A stretch of 64,000 nt of DNA from Bacteroidota bacterium (GCA_003045895.1 PZPC01000021.1:2142-66141), one strand, 5' to 3'. Counted from the first letter of the stretch, positions 43,670-53,805 are shown. Notes: generated by a model not told the origin, from the sequence alone. Program-made: numbers and translations.

Positions 43670-44299
43670 CTAGTACTGCACGTACACGACCACCTTTTCT
43701 TCAAAAAAATCACCGGCAAACATTTTCTGGATGGGGTACACTTCCGTGTACGCACTGCGGGGCAGGGTTTTAATCTCGGCCTTGACATCGCCTCCTTTCA
43801 GGGCAATCAATCCATTGGGCAGGCCGTGCCGTTGTTCGTCTTTGATGAGCGGCATGCTCCAGAGCACCAGCTTTTCCAGCGCAGCTACGGCGCGGGTAAC
43901 CACGAAGTCAAAAGATTTTCCTTTGCGTTCTTCGGACCGTTGCTGCCGGGCTTCCACGTTTTTCAAGCCGAGGGCTGCGGCCACTTCATTGACGACCGTG
44001 ATTTTTTTCTTGATGCCGTCAATCAGCACAAATTCAGTCTCAGGAAACAAAATAGCCAGAGGAATGCCTGGGAAACCACCACCGGTGCCCAGGTCGAGTA
44101 CGCGCGTACCGGGTAAAAACTGGAGTACTTTGGCGATGGCCAGGCTATGCAAAACGTGGTGGGGGTAAAGGTTGTCAATATCCTTACGGGAGATGACGTT
44201 GATTTTTTCGTTCCACTCGCGGTACAGGGGGTCCAGTTGTCCCAACTGGGCTTGCTGAATCGCTGATAGATCAGGAAAGTAAGTGAGTAGCTGTTCCAT
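43670..44299 (-). CDS. rsmG: 16S rRNA (guanine527-N7)-methyltransferase
   Basis: 209 aa with SAM motif LDLGTGGGFPGIPLAI. The overall pattern is typical of GidB. Confidence 0.9.
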   Translation of the reverse strand: MEQLLTYFPDLSAIQQAQLGQLDPLYREWNEKINVISRKDIDNLYPHHVLHSLAIAKVLQFLPGTRVLDLGTGGGFPGIPLAILFPETEFVLIDGIKKKITVVNEVAAALGLKNVEARQQRSEERKGKSFDFVVTRAVAALEKLVLWSMPLIKDEQRHGLPNGLIALKGGDVKAEIKTLPRSAYTEVYPIQKMFAGDFFEEKVVVYVQY

Positions 44300-44320
44300 C
44301 GTCTTTTAATTGACCGTGCC

Positions 44321-45016
44321 TTAAAATTCAAATAGCCATTCTTCCCAGTTGATCCCAAAACCACCCCACAGCGGGGTTTCCGGCGGGGCGACCCGCAGTT
44401 TTTCTTCCTGCCCGGTACGTGGATGGGTGAAGATCAACTCCAGGGCGTGCAGGTCGATGCTGCGGTCGGGATTGCGGCGGCGGAAGCCGTATTTGGCATC
44501 TCCCCGGATAGGGCAGCCGATGTGCGCCAATTGAGCGCGTATCTGGTGGTAGCGGCCGGTCTGCAAGTCAATGCGCAGCAAAAAATAGCGTTCGCTCTGC
44601 GCCAGCAGGGTATACCCCAGGCGAGCTTCCTGGGTATCGGTGGTGGGTTCGTCCAGTACGACGGTTCGGTAGTTGCCTTTTTCCTTTTTCAGGTAGTGCA
44701 CCAACTCGCCTTGTTTTTCGGGGGGCGCCACCGCTGTAATGGCCAGGTACGATTTACGCACCTCGCGCTCCCGAAACTGGCGGTGCAATTCCTGCATGGC
44801 ATCTTTGCGCTTGGCAAATAGCACGATCCCGCTCACTGGCCGATCCAGGCGGTGAATCAGGTGCAGGGACGTCTGGCTGTAGGTAGACCCCAATTGCAAC
44901 AAAGACGGATCTTCGGTTTGGTCGGGTTGAACCGGAATGCCGTTGGGCTTATTGAAGGCAATCAGGTGGTGGTTATTGTAAATAACGGCATCACCGATCG
45001 CGATATATTCTGACAT
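44321..45016 (-). CDS. RluA-family pseudouridine synthase
   Basis: 231 aa with the catalytic motif HRLDRPVSG and a conserved C-terminal HQIRAQLAHIGCPIRGD. Confidence 0.9.
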   Translation of the reverse strand: MSEYIAIGDAVIYNNHHLIAFNKPNGIPVQPDQTEDPSLLQLGSTYSQTSLHLIHRLDRPVSGIVLFAKRKDAMQELHRQFREREVRKSYLAITAVAPPEKQGELVHYLKKEKGNYRTVVLDEPTTDTQEARLGYTLLAQSERYFLLRIDLQTGRYHQIRAQLAHIGCPIRGDAKYGFRRRNPDRSIDLHALELIFTHPRTGQEEKLRVAPPETPLWGGFGINWEEWLFEF

Positions 45017-45038
45017 ATTGGTGGAAAAACTTGTTTAA

Positions 45039-45494
45039 TTAATTCCAGTCGGCATCATCCTTGTCCGCAACAGACCCGGCTACATCATCATCCGCATCAT
45101 CGTCGTCATCATCATCCGCATCGTCATCGTCATCAAAGTCGGCGTACTCTTCGTCCTCCTCTTCTGAGACAATGTCCAACACATTGGATTGCAGGGAATA
45201 ATCAAAAAACTGCTCAAAGGCTTCCCAATCCAGCTTTTCGGGCCACTCATCCATATTTTCGCACCACTCCTCCAGGGAGTTTTCAAAAAATACGAGGAAA
45301 TTATTCTCCAGCCACTGGCGGGCTTCTTCGAGGTCGTCCATCTCCGGGATCAGGTACACATCGGTATTATCGTCCAGCATACCGGCTTCGTAAGCAATGG
45401 GATCGGCAGGATAAATTTTGTTTATCCAGTTGATCATCGACTGGCTAGGTCGGATTAAGAGGACATAACGATTAATGGCATAAAATTCCGACAT
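45039..45494 (-). CDS. Hypothetical protein with poly-acidic C-terminal tail
   Basis: I moved the start to ATG 45494 (MSEFYAINRY...). The C-terminus is EEEDEEYADFDDDDDADDDDDDDADDD. No family recognised. Confidence 0.5.
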   Translation of the reverse strand: MSEFYAINRYVLLIRPSQSMINWINKIYPADPIAYEAGMLDDNTDVYLIPEMDDLEEARQWLENNFLVFFENSLEEWCENMDEWPEKLDWEAFEQFFDYSLQSNVLDIVSEEEDEEYADFDDDDDADDDDDDDADDDVAGSVADKDDADWN

Positions 45495-45652
45495 GGCTAT
45501 TTTTTTTTGAACAAACAAACATCCGCTTTTTAAAGGGAAAAACGGTGCTTATTACTAAAAAACGAAATTAATAGGCTTAATTTACACAAAATAACCCTTT
45601 CTCCTCCGCTTTAGGACAGAAAAGGATCAGCTGCAAATCAATACGACCAACC

Positions 45653-46489
45653 ATGTACTGTTACCTCAACGGCAAAATGCTGCCCACTCACGAAGCATCG
45701 CTGGGACTCAACGATTTGGCGCTCCTGCGTGGTTACGGCATTTTCGACTTTTTTGTCTTCGAGCATTTCCACCCCCGTTTCCTGGAAGACTACCTCGACC
45801 GGTTCTTCCGCTCGGCTGCCTACCTGGGGCTGCAGTCGCCCGTTTCCCGAGCTGACTTTCGCACCAGCATTCTGCAACTCATCGCCGCCAACCAACAGGA
45901 GAAAGGAGGTATTCGGCTCGTCCTCACCGGCGGCTATTCCGATGACGGCTTTACACCGGGCCTCGGTAATATCTTTATTCTGCAGTCGGCCTTTGTCGTA
46001 CCGCCAGCGCACCAGTTTGCCACCGGCGTGCGGGTGATGACCTACCAACACCAGCGCGAACTACCCCTGGTCAAGTCGTTAAACTACCTGACGGGGATCA
46101 ACCTGCTGCCTACCTTACGCGAACAAGAAGCTGACTTTGTGCTTTTTCACGACGGCACCTACGTCCGCGAAAGCGACCGCTCCAATTTTTTCATCATCAA
46201 CGAGACCGGCCAACTCGTTACGCCCAAAGAAAAAGTACTTGCGGGCATTACCCGGGCCAAGATCATCGAACTGGCCAAAGCCCTGGGTATTCCGGTTGCC
46301 GAACGGGAGATTCCGCTGGAAGAATTGGCTACTGCCCGGGAAGCTTTCCTGACCAGCTCCACCAAAGGCGCCCTACCCGTGACCTTGCTCGACGGCCAAC
46401 CCGTTGGCGATGGCCAACCCGGACCAATAAGCCAGCAGCTACAGACCGCGTTTCTTGACCTCGTAGAACGGTCGCTGCTGGTAAAATGA
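45653..46489 (+). CDS. Class IV (fold type IV) PLP aminotransferase / aminodeoxychorismate-lyase-like
   Basis: 278 aa with the catalytic Lys context PLVKSLNYL and LTSSTKGALPV near the C-terminus. Confidence 0.85.
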   Translation: MYCYLNGKMLPTHEASLGLNDLALLRGYGIFDFFVFEHFHPRFLEDYLDRFFRSAAYLGLQSPVSRADFRTSILQLIAANQQEKGGIRLVLTGGYSDDGFTPGLGNIFILQSAFVVPPAHQFATGVRVMTYQHQRELPLVKSLNYLTGINLLPTLREQEADFVLFHDGTYVRESDRSNFFIINETGQLVTPKEKVLAGITRAKIIELAKALGIPVAEREIPLEELATAREAFLTSSTKGALPVTLLDGQPVGDGQPGPISQQLQTAFLDLVERSLLVK

Positions 46490-46550
46490 GTGGTATTTCG
46501 ATAAGCTGCTTATATTTAGTGTTTGATTAGTAATGAAGCGTCAAAACCCA

Positions 46551-46657
46551 CTTAAACCGTATGATATGACCAGCATCGTCAGCAAGCCTTGGAGCCCAAT
46601 TTGGCAGCACCGCCGCCCTTACTTAAACCGTATGATATGACCAGCATCGTCAGCAAG
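46551..46657 (+). repeat. 36-bp perfect direct repeat (46551-46586 and 46622-46657) duplicating the start region of the HD gene
   Basis: cttaaaccgtatgatatgaccagcatcgtcagcaag occurs twice, 71 nt apart. Confidence 0.85.
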
Positions 46658-47812
46658 GCCGAACAGTTTGTGAAACAACTGCTGCAGGACAACCTTACCC
46701 CCGATCACTACTACCACAACCTACCCCATACGCTGGCAGTAGTGGATGCTGCCCGTTTGCTCTCGGCCCGCCACGAACTATCGGGGCAGGCCTGCGAGAC
46801 CATCGAGCTGGCGGCCTGGTTTCACGATACAGGCTTCACCCAAACCTACGAAGGACACGAAGAGGCCGGGGTAGAAATCGCCAAAGCTTTCCTGACCAAC
46901 GAAGGCTATCCGCAGGAAAATCTACCTACCCTGGAACGCTTGATCCTGGCCACTAAAGTGGGCCACCAACCCAACGATGAACTGGAAAAAATTATCCGCG
47001 ACGCCGACCTGAGCAATGTGGGCCGAGCCGACTACCTGGCGCTTCTCTCCGGGTTGCGCCACGAATGGGAGGTCTTCCGCAACGAAATCCACAAAGACCG
47101 CGCGTGGTATCAACTCAACTACGAATTCGTCAGGAACCACAAATACAATACCGCTATTGCCCAGGAAATTTATGGTATCCAACACAAACAAAACGAGCTC
47201 ACTTTAAAGAAACTGGCGGCCAAAAAGAAGAAGAAAAAAAAGAAGAAGCCCGAAAAAATAAATGACCGCACCGGCGACACCATCGGCACCAATCGCAGTG
47301 CACAGATGATGTTTAAAACCGCCTTGCGCAACCACATGGACCTCAGCAACCTGGCCGACAACAAAGCCAACATCATGCTTTCGGTTAATGCCCTGATCGT
47401 CACCATTGCCGTACCGCTGGCAGCGGGCTACGTGAATGATGCCCCCCACCTGATGGTCCCCGTCATCATCTTACTGCTGACGTGCCTGTGCTCTATGATC
47501 TTTGCCACCCTGGCCACCCGCCCCATCCCCATGACCGGGCTTACTACCCAGGAAGATATCTTGCAAGGACGCTCCAACCTTTTCTTTTTTGGCAACTTCT
47601 ACCGCATGAGCCTGCCGGAATACGACCAGGGAATGAACAACGTCATCAAAGATGACGACAGCCTGGAGTCGGCCATCAAACGCGACCTCTATTTCTTGGG
47701 CCGCTCACTCGGAAAAAAATACAACCAGTTGCGCATTTGCTACAACCTCTTCATGATCGGGGTCGTATTATCCGTGGTGTTATTCGGGGTGAGTTATGCC
47801 ATTTTTCAGTAG
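46637..47812 (+). CDS. HD-domain phosphohydrolase fused to a C-terminal 2TM module (DUF5706 / Pycsar-effector-like)
   Basis: I moved the start to ATG 46637 (MTSIVSKAEQF...). HD motifs are HNLPHTLAV and AAWFHDTGF. A poly-Lys linker (KKKKKKKKK) follows. The C-terminal region has two TM helices and NLADNKANIMLSVNALIV...FFFGNF...YNLFMIGVVLS. The family name is from memory. Confidence 0.75.
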   Translation: MTSIVSKAEQFVKQLLQDNLTPDHYYHNLPHTLAVVDAARLLSARHELSGQACETIELAAWFHDTGFTQTYEGHEEAGVEIAKAFLTNEGYPQENLPTLERLILATKVGHQPNDELEKIIRDADLSNVGRADYLALLSGLRHEWEVFRNEIHKDRAWYQLNYEFVRNHKYNTAIAQEIYGIQHKQNELTLKKLAAKKKKKKKKKPEKINDRTGDTIGTNRSAQMMFKTALRNHMDLSNLADNKANIMLSVNALIVTIAVPLAAGYVNDAPHLMVPVIILLLTCLCSMIFATLATRPIPMTGLTTQEDILQGRSNLFFFGNFYRMSLPEYDQGMNNVIKDDDSLESAIKRDLYFLGRSLGKKYNQLRICYNLFMIGVVLSVVLFGVSYAIFQ

Positions 47813-48165
47813 GTTGGTCTGGGCGCACGCCTCCACAAAAACAACCAGCCCAGCCCGGCAAGCAATAACCCCAAAAACTCCCGGGTCAGTTCTACGTGTG
47901 GCGCTTCGGCCTTCATTGTCCCAACGATGGTAGGCATCCCCATCTTCACCCAGTGGATAAAATCGGGCAACAAACTCAGCATCCAACCTAGAATAATCAC
48001 CAGCCCCAGTTGTAGCAGCAGGGGCGGCAAAGGCCGGAAATTGGTGACGACGAATAAGACACCCGTCGTTCCGTAGAGTAGCATCCAAGCCAGGGGATCC
48101 GGATCATTGAGTTGCACGGCGGCAAAGAAGAAGTACAGCGCCGCCAGGGTCAGGCGTAAAATCAT
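47806..48165 (-). CDS. TMEM220-family small membrane protein
   Basis: 119 aa with four TM helices and the N-terminal AAVQLNDPDPLAW motif. Its 3' end overlaps the HD gene by 7 nt (convergent). Confidence 0.6.
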   Translation of the reverse strand: MILRLTLAALYFFFAAVQLNDPDPLAWMLLYGTTGVLFVVTNFRPLPPLLLQLGLVIILGWMLSLLPDFIHWVKMGMPTIVGTMKAEAPHVELTREFLGLLLAGLGWLFLWRRAPRPTY

Positions 48166-48187
48166 AGGCGATAATTGTCCGCGATGA

Positions 48188-50455
48188 TTAAAAGTTTATC
48201 CGGTAACTGAGCAACGGAATAAATTCCAATTGGTAGCGGGTGTTCACCGCATCCAGTAGCCGGTCATAATAGGTGTAAGCCGTATTTTGCTGGCCCGTCA
48301 CGTTCTGGATATCCAGAGAGAGCATGGAACTCCAGTGCAAGCGGTTTTTTTGAAAGTAGAGTCGTATATCCGTACGAAAATAGGCCGGCAGTTGCTGGGT
48401 AAAACCCGTATCGTAGTCAAAAACCGTGGTGCGAACCGCCCGGGAGTTGTCCAGTAAAATCGGAGCAGCCCGCAAGCCACCGTTGTACTGGATCCGCACA
48501 TTAAAACCAAACCGGTTGAACTGGCCCTTACGATCCAGGCCACTCCACTCCTTACCTAGCGTCAGGGTAGCGGCGTAGTCGTGGGCAAAGCGGGTTTTCA
48601 CCCAGTCGCCGTTGGTGTTTTCGTAGCGGGCATCGAAGATGGAACCGCTGAGCACATACCACCAGTTGCCCGTCGCAAATTGCTGTAAGCTGGCCTCCAC
48701 GCCGCGTGTACGCCCCCGCGTGGTGCCGGGCGTAGCCAGCTGCATGAGCTCCAGTTGGTTAATTTCCGAACGGGCAGCCTGCCCCGTAAATGCCGACAAT
48801 TGCTGCTGGTACACCTGAAGGGTCAGCTTGCGATCGGCCTGAAGCAAATAGGTCCAGAACAAGCTCGCCTGCTGCGCCTTGCGGGGGCGAAAAACCGGGG
48901 TATAGGGCGAAGGAGCCTGGGTACTCACGCCGTATTCCGCTCCCAGGATGTTTTTTGCACTGGCCAGGTAACTGACGGACAGGCGGGGTTCAAAATAGGT
49001 CTTTTGTTCTTTTTCGTTAGCCCAAAAGCTGGTGCGTGCGCCCAGTTGCAGGAGCACTTTCCTGACCTGGAACCGCCAGTCGAGGTAAGGACTAACCTGA
49101 TAGATGTCCGAAGAGATATCCAGCAAACCTTCCAACAACAAGGGGAATTCGCGTGCTACCCGCTGATCCAGGCGGAGCATTTCTACTCCAAGCGTTAAGC
49201 TGCCAAAAGGCAACAACTTGCGCCGGTAGCTGATTTGCAGCGAGGTCTTTTCCTGCCGCAGGTTGTCCCATTCGCGGGCAGGTAGATCGGCTGCCAGGGC
49301 CAGCCGTTCTGTCCGCAATCCAGACCAGGCACCCGCCAATCGCCACAGGCCTTTTTCCTGGTGTGGCCGCGTCCAACTGAAGCCGACCGTCGCCATCTCC
49401 GAAGAGAAGTCGATGGTGTTGTACAAATCTTTTTCGGTTCCCCATTCGGTCGTATCCGTTGGCGGGAGGAATACATTGCTGCTTTTCCCCAACAACCCAA
49501 AAACAGCCAGGCGGCTGCCCGCCGCGCCAGGCACGAGGAACTTAAAGCTCAAATCCTGAAAGCGAATATCTTCGTTGCCAAATTGTGCCCCCAGGTCGGT
49601 GAGCAGCCCCGTGAAGGAATAGCGATAATTGATGAGGTAGGAAGCACCCCCTGCCCGGAAAGGCCCTTCGGCGGCCAGGTCTATCCCGATCAGGCCCGCC
49701 TGCAGGGTATATTCTGCCTTTTCGTTGTTACCGGTCCGCAGGCGCATATCCAGCAGGCCGCCCGTGGCGTTGCCCAGCGCGGCGGAGTAGGTCCCCAGGT
49801 AGAAACGGCCTTCTTCCAGCAATTGGCTGCTGATGGCATTGACGCCACCACCACTCAATGAACTGCGGTCGGAGAAGGTGCCCGCGTTTGCCGTGTGGTT
49901 GGGATTAACAATTTCCAGTCCTTCCAGCCGCCAGTTTAGCCCCAGCGGCGATTGTCCGCGAATGATGAGGTGATTGGCCTGGTCGTCGGCCCCTACTACC
50001 CCGGGATAAGCCTGGGCAAGTCGCGCCGGGTCATTGAAGGTAGCAGGAAAACGGAGGGTTTCCTCCTGGGTAAGTCGCAACAGATTAGGCGAAACGCTCC
50101 CTTGCGCCGTCCGGCTACCTTTAACGGTAATCGTGGTCAGGCTGGTTGGTGCTTCTTCCAGTTCAATATCCAGTACCACTTCCTTGCCAGCCGAAACAAG
50201 GACTTCCTGCAACTCCAATTGTTGGTAGCCCAAATAAGCCACCTGCAACTGGTAGCGGCCCGGATCCAGGTCGGAAAAACGAAAACGCCCCAACGAATCC
50301 GTATCGGCGCCTCTGCCCAAATTCTTCAGTAAAACGGTAGCCCCCACCAGGGGCTGGCCATTGTCGGCATCGGTAATACTACCGCGCAGGGTGGCTTGGG
50401 CCGACAGGGTAGTGAGGACAAATAAAAGGGAAAGGGTCAGGCAGAACTGTTGCAT
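48188..50455 (-). CDS. TonB-dependent receptor with CarboxypepD_reg-like N-terminal domain
   Basis: 755 aa with a signal peptide. TLRGSITDADNGQPLVGATVLLKN is followed by a plug region and a beta-barrel ending in an aromatic residue (LSYRINF). Confidence 0.85.
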   Translation of the reverse strand: MQQFCLTLSLLFVLTTLSAQATLRGSITDADNGQPLVGATVLLKNLGRGADTDSLGRFRFSDLDPGRYQLQVAYLGYQQLELQEVLVSAGKEVVLDIELEEAPTSLTTITVKGSRTAQGSVSPNLLRLTQEETLRFPATFNDPARLAQAYPGVVGADDQANHLIIRGQSPLGLNWRLEGLEIVNPNHTANAGTFSDRSSLSGGGVNAISSQLLEEGRFYLGTYSAALGNATGGLLDMRLRTGNNEKAEYTLQAGLIGIDLAAEGPFRAGGASYLINYRYSFTGLLTDLGAQFGNEDIRFQDLSFKFLVPGAAGSRLAVFGLLGKSSNVFLPPTDTTEWGTEKDLYNTIDFSSEMATVGFSWTRPHQEKGLWRLAGAWSGLRTERLALAADLPAREWDNLRQEKTSLQISYRRKLLPFGSLTLGVEMLRLDQRVAREFPLLLEGLLDISSDIYQVSPYLDWRFQVRKVLLQLGARTSFWANEKEQKTYFEPRLSVSYLASAKNILGAEYGVSTQAPSPYTPVFRPRKAQQASLFWTYLLQADRKLTLQVYQQQLSAFTGQAARSEINQLELMQLATPGTTRGRTRGVEASLQQFATGNWWYVLSGSIFDARYENTNGDWVKTRFAHDYAATLTLGKEWSGLDRKGQFNRFGFNVRIQYNGGLRAAPILLDNSRAVRTTVFDYDTGFTQQLPAYFRTDIRLYFQKNRLHWSSMLSLDIQNVTGQQNTAYTYYDRLLDAVNTRYQLEFIPLLSYRINF

Positions 50456-50510
50456 CTTGGGTAAGTGTTTATTTACAAAGATGCAAATTCTTTGGCTAAA
50501 ACAGGACTAG

Positions 50511-51692
50511 CTAGGAGGCTACTTTCGGTAAGCTAATGGTAAAAGTAGCGCCTTTGCCCTCGTCCGAACGCTTGACAAAAATTTTCCCGCCGTGGTATTC
50601 CTCCACAATTCGCTTGGTAAGACTCAACCCCAGGCCCCAACCGCGTTTCTTGGTCGTGAACCCTGGTTGAAATACCCGTTTGTGATTCCCCGGCGGAATC
50701 CCCTTACCCGTATCGGTAATGTCGATGTAAACAAAATCGGGGTCTTCGTACACCTCCGCGCTAATCTGGCCGCGGCCATCCATGGCGTCGAGGGCATTGC
50801 GGAGGAGGTTTTCTATTACCCAATCAAAAAGCGGTGGATTGATGCTTACGGAGATGTAATACAATTCCGGGTCCGGAAAATGAAAGCTGACCTTGCGGGA
50901 GGCGCGCTTTTCCATGTAATTTTTACACAGGGCCAACTCCTGGTATATATTGACGGGGCTGAGTTTCGGGGCTGAGCCAATCTTTGAAAAGCGATCGGCA
51001 ATCAGCTCCAGGCGTTGTACGTCGTTGCGCAACTCCCCGACGATCTCCATGGTTTCGTCGTCTTCGGGGCGCAGCAGTTTCAGGTGTTCAATCCAGGCAA
51101 CAATCGCCGAGATCGGTGTGCCCAACTGGTGGGCCGTCTCCTTGGCCATCCCTACCCACACCCGGTTTTGCTCCGACTTCCGCGAAGAATTGAGGCTGAT
51201 GTAACCAAAAACGATAAAACCGCCGATCAGCAAAAACTGAACAACAGGAAAATAGCGGAGTTGCTGCAGGATTTTGCTTTCGCCAAAGTAGATCTTGGTG
51301 CCAAAACTTTCGATGGGAACTTCCCCGCTGGCAATGAGTTTTTCGAGTTCTTTTTGTAGAAAGACCTTATTGGTGTCGCGCTCCTCGCTGCCCCAGTTGC
51401 TGCCCCAATCCACCAGGCCCCGGTCATTGGCGATGATGACCGGAATGGTCGTGTTAGATTGCAAGATTTCAAAATGCAAGGTGAAATCACAGTATTCTTC
51501 GGCCTCCGGATCGGATTCATTGACCTCATTGATGTCTTCCTGGGCCAGGGCAAAAAAACGGGTATTGTTCATCTCCACCACGGCGAGGCGTTCGGCCATG
51601 TAGCTGGTATACCAGATGGAGAAAACGACAATGGCCAGCCCCAGAAAAGCCAGGTACAATTTTTGTCGCGATTTTTGTTGGTACATATCCAT
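50511..51692 (-). CDS. Sensor histidine kinase (two TM helices, orphan)
   Basis: 393 aa with H-box HQLGTPISAI, N-box LLRNALDA, and G-boxes DTGKGI and GWGLGLSL. No response regulator is nearby. Confidence 0.85.
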   Translation of the reverse strand: MDMYQQKSRQKLYLAFLGLAIVVFSIWYTSYMAERLAVVEMNNTRFFALAQEDINEVNESDPEAEEYCDFTLHFEILQSNTTIPVIIANDRGLVDWGSNWGSEERDTNKVFLQKELEKLIASGEVPIESFGTKIYFGESKILQQLRYFPVVQFLLIGGFIVFGYISLNSSRKSEQNRVWVGMAKETAHQLGTPISAIVAWIEHLKLLRPEDDETMEIVGELRNDVQRLELIADRFSKIGSAPKLSPVNIYQELALCKNYMEKRASRKVSFHFPDPELYYISVSINPPLFDWVIENLLRNALDAMDGRGQISAEVYEDPDFVYIDITDTGKGIPPGNHKRVFQPGFTTKKRGWGLGLSLTKRIVEEYHGGKIFVKRSDEGKGATFTISLPKVAS

Positions 51693-51741
51693 TTTGCTGA
51701 TTAAGGGCCGAAGAGTTGCTATGAAGTTAAACGCATTTTCC

Positions 51742-52767
51742 TTACGGTTGATTTTGTTGCCAAAACATTTCGCTGCGCAACAGGGCGTTTTCGCGAATAT
51801 TCAGGTAATAGATATTCAGGTCACCCGGATGGTAATTTTTGGTTTGCAACAACCAACTGCCTTTGAATTTGGGTTTCGATGCCCACAAAATCGACCCGTG
51901 GACCTGGGCGTCCGACGCCGCGGGCAGGATCGTCTCAAAAGGTCGGAGCACTGCACCTTCGTTCAGGGTAGCGGCAGCGTAGGTTTCGCTGGTGGTCCAC
52001 AGTAGCGGATTGGTTACGACGGTGCCGGGCAGCACCCTCTTGGGTTGGGTACCCCGCTTAAACGTCCGCCAGGCCACGTAACAGCCCGTGTCGGTACTGT
52101 CCTGGCAGGGCACCAGGGTCTGGAAAGAAGTAGCGGGCACGGCGATCCCTACCACGTAGGCAGCAACCAGCTGTTTGGCCAACGGCTTCCCGTCAAAAAA
52201 TTCCTGGAGCAGCCGAATAGCGTGGGTTGTACCTTGGCTGTGCGAGGCAATAATAATGGGCCGCCCCTGGTTGTGGTTGGCCAGGTAGTAGCGGAAGGCT
52301 TGCCGCACATCACCGTAGGCCAGGTTGAAAGCCCGCTGGGCACTGAGGGTATCTTCGGTGAAGTAGGCGTGCAGGTGAGCCTGTCGGTAGAAGGGTGCAA
52401 AAATCCGGCCCACCCCATTGAAGATGGTCGCCTGGAATTTGATGGGGGTATTGGCTGTGCGTTCGTTCAACTCCGCATCCCGCACGGGGCCATTCCACAG
52501 TTTTTCTCCTTTCCGGCCCACGTAAGTGGTGGGGTGCAGAAAAAAAACATCGACCCGGGCATCAGCCTGGACATTGGTCAACCCGGTTGGCGTGAGATCG
52601 GCAGAATCCACCTGCCAGGGCAAGGCCGCCCAGTACCGATCCTGGCTGTAATCGGGCGCCACCGGTACCCATTCAGAAGCGAAGGCATCCCGGGGGTGAA
52701 CCCGGCAATTGCTAAAAAAAAGAACGATGAGCGCCAGGGACGCCACCAGGAGGATGGGACTTTTCAT
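51742..52767 (-). CDS. DUF3089-like alpha/beta hydrolase lipoprotein
   Basis: I moved the start to ATG 52767 (MKSPILLVASLALIVLFFSNC, with a lipobox). It has a nucleophile-elbow-like SHSQG. The family name is from memory. Confidence 0.7.
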   Translation of the reverse strand: MKSPILLVASLALIVLFFSNCRVHPRDAFASEWVPVAPDYSQDRYWAALPWQVDSADLTPTGLTNVQADARVDVFFLHPTTYVGRKGEKLWNGPVRDAELNERTANTPIKFQATIFNGVGRIFAPFYRQAHLHAYFTEDTLSAQRAFNLAYGDVRQAFRYYLANHNQGRPIIIASHSQGTTHAIRLLQEFFDGKPLAKQLVAAYVVGIAVPATSFQTLVPCQDSTDTGCYVAWRTFKRGTQPKRVLPGTVVTNPLLWTTSETYAAATLNEGAVLRPFETILPAASDAQVHGSILWASKPKFKGSWLLQTKNYHPGDLNIYYLNIRENALLRSEMFWQQNQP

Positions 52768-52920
52768 AAGGTACTTTCTGGGCAGCATAGGAGATTGGTG
52801 TAAGCAATAAAGACAAAATTAACGGTCACCCGGGAATAGACAAGCTAAATTGCAGCAATATCATGGACAATGCGCTATTTTAGAGCTGATATATGCTAGT
52901 TTGCAAAAAAAAACTAACCC

Positions 52921-53781
52921 ATGAAATCACTACCCATTCTCCTTTTCTGCTTACTGCCGGTTTGCTTACCTGCCCAGACCTCTGCCGCCGAAGAACAAGC
53001 CGTCACCGAGGTCATCACCACTTTATTCAGCAGCATGCTGGCGGGCGATAGCGCCGCAGTAGCACCGCTTTTTCACCCCGCTGCCCGCCTGCAAACGGCG
53101 AGCTACAATAAAGCCGGAGAATCTATCCTGGAAGACGGCAACATCAGCGCCTGGATGCACGGCATTGCCACCAGTCCGGCTGGCACGCTCGACGAACGCC
53201 TCACCTCCATGAAAATTGCCCTTGATGTCCCCCTGGCTACCGTCTGGACAGACTACCGCTTCTTCTTCAAGGGCCAGTTTCACCACTGCGGCACCAACGC
53301 CTTCCAGCTCGTGAAGACGGCTGCTGGCTGGCGCATTCACCAGGTGACCGACACCCGCCGCCAAGACAATTGTCCGCCGTCAAAACCGGAGGTGGTTCAT
53401 GCTTTTCTCGATAACTGGCACCACGCTGCCGCCGTCGCCAATGCCGACGCCTTTTACGGCGCCATGGCCGCCGATGCCATCTATCTCGGTACCGACGCCA
53501 GTGAACGGTGGCTGCGCGACGAGCTGCGTGCCTGGGCCCAGTTTGCTTTCGACCGGGAGTCGGCCTGGGCATTCACGGCCTATGACCGCCACCTCTACTT
53601 CAGCCAGGACGAAAATTACGTCTGGTGGGAAGAAAAACTCACTACCCAAATGGGACCCTGCCGGGGCTCAGGCGTAGCGCATTTCGAAGACGGCCACTGG
53701 CGCATCAAGCATTACAACCTGGCCCTGTTGGTGCCCAACGACAAAATGGATAGCGTCAAAGCCCTGATTGGTGGAAAATAG
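52921..53781 (+). CDS. Secreted protein with two NTF2-like (SnoaL/DUF4440) domains
   Basis: 286 aa with a signal peptide. It has two segments of the NTF2-like pattern (VTEVITTLFSSMLAGDS...; VVHAFLDNWHHAAAVANADAFY...). Confidence 0.6.
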   Translation: MKSLPILLFCLLPVCLPAQTSAAEEQAVTEVITTLFSSMLAGDSAAVAPLFHPAARLQTASYNKAGESILEDGNISAWMHGIATSPAGTLDERLTSMKIALDVPLATVWTDYRFFFKGQFHHCGTNAFQLVKTAAGWRIHQVTDTRRQDNCPPSKPEVVHAFLDNWHHAAAVANADAFYGAMAADAIYLGTDASERWLRDELRAWAQFAFDRESAWAFTAYDRHLYFSQDENYVWWEEKLTTQMGPCRGSGVAHFEDGHWRIKHYNLALLVPNDKMDSVKALIGGK

Positions 53782-53805
53782 GAGAGTGAGCCCGGACAGC
53801 CGGAT

